From IMG/VR virus record IMGVR_UViG_2660238524_000003: a stretch of 40,665 nucleotides of DNA. One strand, written 5' to 3'. Made by a program: the position numbers and the translations under genes. Position 1 is the stretch's first letter, and the number at the start of each line of letters is the position of its first letter. The DNA is from a virus (taxonomy: Duplodnaviria > Heunggongvirae > Uroviricota > Caudoviricetes). This document shows positions 38,209 through 40,665 of the stretch, piece after piece. Below the pieces are notes generated by a model. It was not told the DNA's origin and did no database searches. It saw only the letters and a list, made by a program, of their open reading frames with translations.

Positions 38209-38631
38209 TTATGCCGGGCTGCTCCCGGCATCTTCTAGCTGCCATAATGTCTCGTCACCTGATAGAGCAAAACGAAATGAGTGAAGTATATCCCCCCGAG
38301 AGAAGCTCACGGCTACAGCTGCGGGAAAGTCAAATATAATCCCACCTTCATTTTTAAAACGATTACGCAATTGATAGGCTATCGGTTTGATTTGTGCAGG
38401 AAGAGTATCTATATCTCTTCCATTGACAACAGAATCTTTGTTTTCAAGTACTGATTTAGCGATTAGATATAGATGCCAGTAACTGGTTACAATTGTTACT
38501 CCTGTGATGTGTCGTAAATTAATTGCAATTCGTCCGTTATTATGTTTTTCCGCAAGGTATTTCAGGTTATCAATTAATGCTTGGTCATTTTTTGAAATAG
38601 TTATTGTGAAATCTGACGTGTTTGTTTTCAT
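38209..38631 (-). CDS. hypothetical early protein
   Basis: 140 aa from ATG 38631 (GAGG RBS); the longer track ORF to 38874 overlaps the upstream gene out of frame. Confidence 0.45.
   Translation of the reverse strand: MKTNTSDFTITISKNDQALIDNLKYLAEKHNNGRIAINLRHITGVTIVTSYWHLYLIAKSVLENKDSVVNGRDIDTLPAQIKPIAYQLRNRFKNEGGIIFDFPAAVAVSFSRGDILHSFRFALSGDETLWQLEDAGSSPA
38211..38231. terminator. hairpin between convergent genes
   Basis: atgccggg-ctgct-cccggcat 8-bp stem; weak U tracts. Confidence 0.35.
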
Positions 38632-38635
38632 ACGA

Positions 38636-39157
38636 TTAGTTGCCTCTGTTGTTTCTGAGTTGGTCCAGTTTTGAGCTTCTGCCTGTATAAACTCGCTTAC
38701 CGTTAATGGTCTGGCAGTCTTCTTTATTAGCTGGAGAGAACTTCCTTTTCTGGCGGTCATACGTCCAGTAACTTTTCCAGTTGTGCCATTCTGGGGGCTC
38801 GTGCTCTGGTAGCTCATCAGCCAACTTGTCCCACTCTTTGGCGTTAAACCACCATACTCCGTCTGAGTTTTCATCTTCCGGGTTTGTGCGCGTCTTGTGT
38901 CCCGGCATTTGACCGCGATGAATGGCTACGCGCAGTGCAGATTTTGTTAGCCCAATATATGCCGCGCCTTTTTCCAGAGAGCAAAGCCCGGCGATCGGAC
39001 CATCCAGCCGCAAAGTCGCTCCTTTTTTGTAGGAACGCTTTTTCTTGTTTTCTTCGTGCTCGTCGTCGTTGGCGGCATCAATGGATCCGCTGAGTGCGTC
39101 ACTTTCCTGAAGTGGTTGGTGGTCAGATAACTCTTTATCGGCAATGAAGTCCCGCAT
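38636..39157 (-). CDS. first early-operon gene, possible Cox/Apl-like HTH regulator
   Basis: AAGAGGA RBS; helix-turn-helix-like segment (AAYIGLTKSALRVAIHRGQMPG); divergent from the repressor gene. Longer than P2 Cox, so function is inferred from position. Confidence 0.5.
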   Translation of the reverse strand: MRDFIADKELSDHQPLQESDALSGSIDAANDDEHEENKKKRSYKKGATLRLDGPIAGLCSLEKGAAYIGLTKSALRVAIHRGQMPGHKTRTNPEDENSDGVWWFNAKEWDKLADELPEHEPPEWHNWKSYWTYDRQKRKFSPANKEDCQTINGKRVYTGRSSKLDQLRNNRGN

Positions 39158-39216
39158 TTGTTATCCTCTTGCGTTGGTGCGCTTGTCGCGCCTTGTGATG
39201 GTTTGTTTTGGCTTGT

Positions 39217-39240
39217 AAAGATAACCAAAAGGTTATCTTT
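39217..39240. promoter_or_regulatory. operator-like palindrome in divergent promoter region
   Basis: AAAGATAACC-AAAA-GGTTATCTTT perfect 10-bp arms; additional GGTTATCTT half-site at 39264-39272. Confidence 0.55.
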
Positions 39241-39261
39241 GTGCGAGAGGTTAATACTCAA

Positions 39262-39603
39262 ATGGTTATCTTGTCAATAGACTACGCAAAAAAGTTACGT
39301 CAGATACGTAAGGCGGAAGGGTTAACACAAAAGCAGTTTGCGGATATTACTGGGTTGTCTTTGGCAACCATAAGGAATTACGAATCGGGGCAAAAGAACG
39401 CTAGAGCAAAAATCGTTGAGGCGGTTCTGCAAGTCGATCGCTTTGAAAAATACATGCTGTGGCTAATAAAAGATAAGACGCTACCTGTCGCCGGGCAGAT
39501 TGCTCCGGCTCTCTCTCTTGATGGATCTATTCAGTCGGAGGGCGATCAGGTTTCAATCGGTATTACCCAAAAATCACCCCGATCAGGCCGCAATGTTGGC
39601 TGA
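39262..39603 (+). CDS. immunity repressor, HTH XRE-family
   Basis: ...LRQIRKAEGLTQKQFADITGLSLATIRNYESGQ... helix-turn-helix; start ATG 39262 with GAGAGG RBS. Confidence 0.8.
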   Translation: MVILSIDYAKKLRQIRKAEGLTQKQFADITGLSLATIRNYESGQKNARAKIVEAVLQVDRFEKYMLWLIKDKTLPVAGQIAPALSLDGSIQSEGDQVSIGITQKSPRSGRNVG

Positions 39604-39672
39604 CTCTACACATTGAGCGAATTACATATCGCAAGGAGTGTTTAGTTAATTTATCCGTTGGAGGGGCTAATC

Positions 39673-40665
39673 ATGTCGATTAAGCAACTCAAAGACGGAC
39701 GTTATCAGGTCGATGTCAGACCGCAGGGGGCGGAAGGAAAGCGGATTCGAAAAATCTTTGCCCTGAAATCAAAGGCTCAGGAGTTTGAGAAGTATGTGTT
39801 ACAGAACTTTCATGACAAGCCATGGCAGGCTAAGCCAGCTGATCAGCGGCGATTATCAGAGCTGCTTGATGCGTGGTGGATGCTTGATGGGCGTAATCAG
39901 GCTTACGGGGATAGCTACAGGGTTAGGCTAGGGAAGGTTGTTCGTGAAATGGGAGATCCTCGCGCCAGTCAGATGACGCGAAAATTTATGCTTGAATATC
40001 GGTCAGAGAAATTACAGGCCGGATTAATGCCGTCCAGTATTAATCGTGACTTATGCGTACTGTCTACCATGTTCACGGTGCTGATTGAAGCTGAGGTCTT
40101 TCACAACGCGAACCCTGTACGCGGTATACGAAAACTGAAAGTTCAGAACACAGAGATGGCCTTTCTTTCTGATGATGAGATTGAACGGCTTCTTGAGCGA
40201 CTGGAGGGTGATGTGCGTCGTGTTGCCATTCTGTGTCTTTCTACTGGTGCCCGATGGAGTGAAGCATCGGAACTACGTGGAGAGCATATCGTTGGCAACC
40301 GGGTGACGTTCTTTAACACCAAAAACGGAAAATCCCGTTCGGTTCCTGTGGCGGATTCGGTCGTGCCTCTGATTAAAACCCGTCGAACGGGGTTATTGTA
40401 TCAGGTTGATTATCTGAAGTTCCGGGAGATTCTTCAGGAGGTGAAACCGGATTTGCCGAAGGGGCAGGCTACGCATGTCATGCGTCATACATTTGCCACA
40501 CACTTTATGATGAATGGCGGAAATATTGTTACGTTGCAACGAATCCTGGGGCACGCAACGATTCAGCAAACAATGACGTACGCTCATTTTTCGCCGGACT
40601 TTTTACTGGACGCGATCAACTTTAATCCGCTGGCTGAAAGTGTCCATAAACTGTCCATCGATTAG
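39673..40665 (+). CDS. int: tyrosine integrase (P2 Int-like)
   Basis: C-terminal catalytic region ...HVMRHTFATHF...LGHATIQQTMTYAHF...; start ATG 39673 with GGAGGGG RBS; stop at the last window bases. Confidence 0.9.
   Translation: MSIKQLKDGRYQVDVRPQGAEGKRIRKIFALKSKAQEFEKYVLQNFHDKPWQAKPADQRRLSELLDAWWMLDGRNQAYGDSYRVRLGKVVREMGDPRASQMTRKFMLEYRSEKLQAGLMPSSINRDLCVLSTMFTVLIEAEVFHNANPVRGIRKLKVQNTEMAFLSDDEIERLLERLEGDVRRVAILCLSTGARWSEASELRGEHIVGNRVTFFNTKNGKSRSVPVADSVVPLIKTRRTGLLYQVDYLKFREILQEVKPDLPKGQATHVMRHTFATHFMMNGGNIVTLQRILGHATIQQTMTYAHFSPDFLLDAINFNPLAESVHKLSID

Larger units (their letters stand above)
1451..40665. mobile_element. P2-like prophage (left boundary approximate, right end beyond window)
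   Basis: Contiguous P2-family gene set (ogr, D, FI, FII, E, T, U, H, I, J, W, V, S, R, lysis, X, L, M, N, O, P, Q, A, repressor, integrase) directly downstream of serS. Confidence 0.85.

Overview
The window holds a complete serS gene (1-1293) followed by an almost complete P2-like myovirus prophage that runs to the window end (integrase 39673-40665; the far attachment site is outside the window). All calls rest on reading the sequence and recalled protein-family signatures; no database search was run. Prophage order, left to right: hok/mok-like type I toxin locus, ogr and D (- strand), tail block FI-FII-E/E'-T-U (+ strand, inverted relative to canonical P2), Gin/Pin-type invertase with a 2.75-kb invertible tail-fibre segment, tail fibre and baseplate genes H-I-J-W-V-S-R, a NanS-like SGNH esterase moron, the lysis cassette, X-L-M-N-O, divergent P-Q, and an unknown gene beside a possible cos site. 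Then comes an AT-rich cargo locus (one membrane-anchored gene plus a polytopic membrane gene split by an intact IS1 with 8-bp target duplication), a ParM/ParR-like partition pair, replication gene A, an early operon of small genes containing a ~320-bp structured non-coding element, a Cox-like gene, repressor and integrase. The most interesting candidates are the IS1-disrupted cargo locus at the old/tin-equivalent position, the parMR-like pair, the nested-repeat RNA element, the hok-like toxin (below the ORF-track cutoff) and the inverted tail block.
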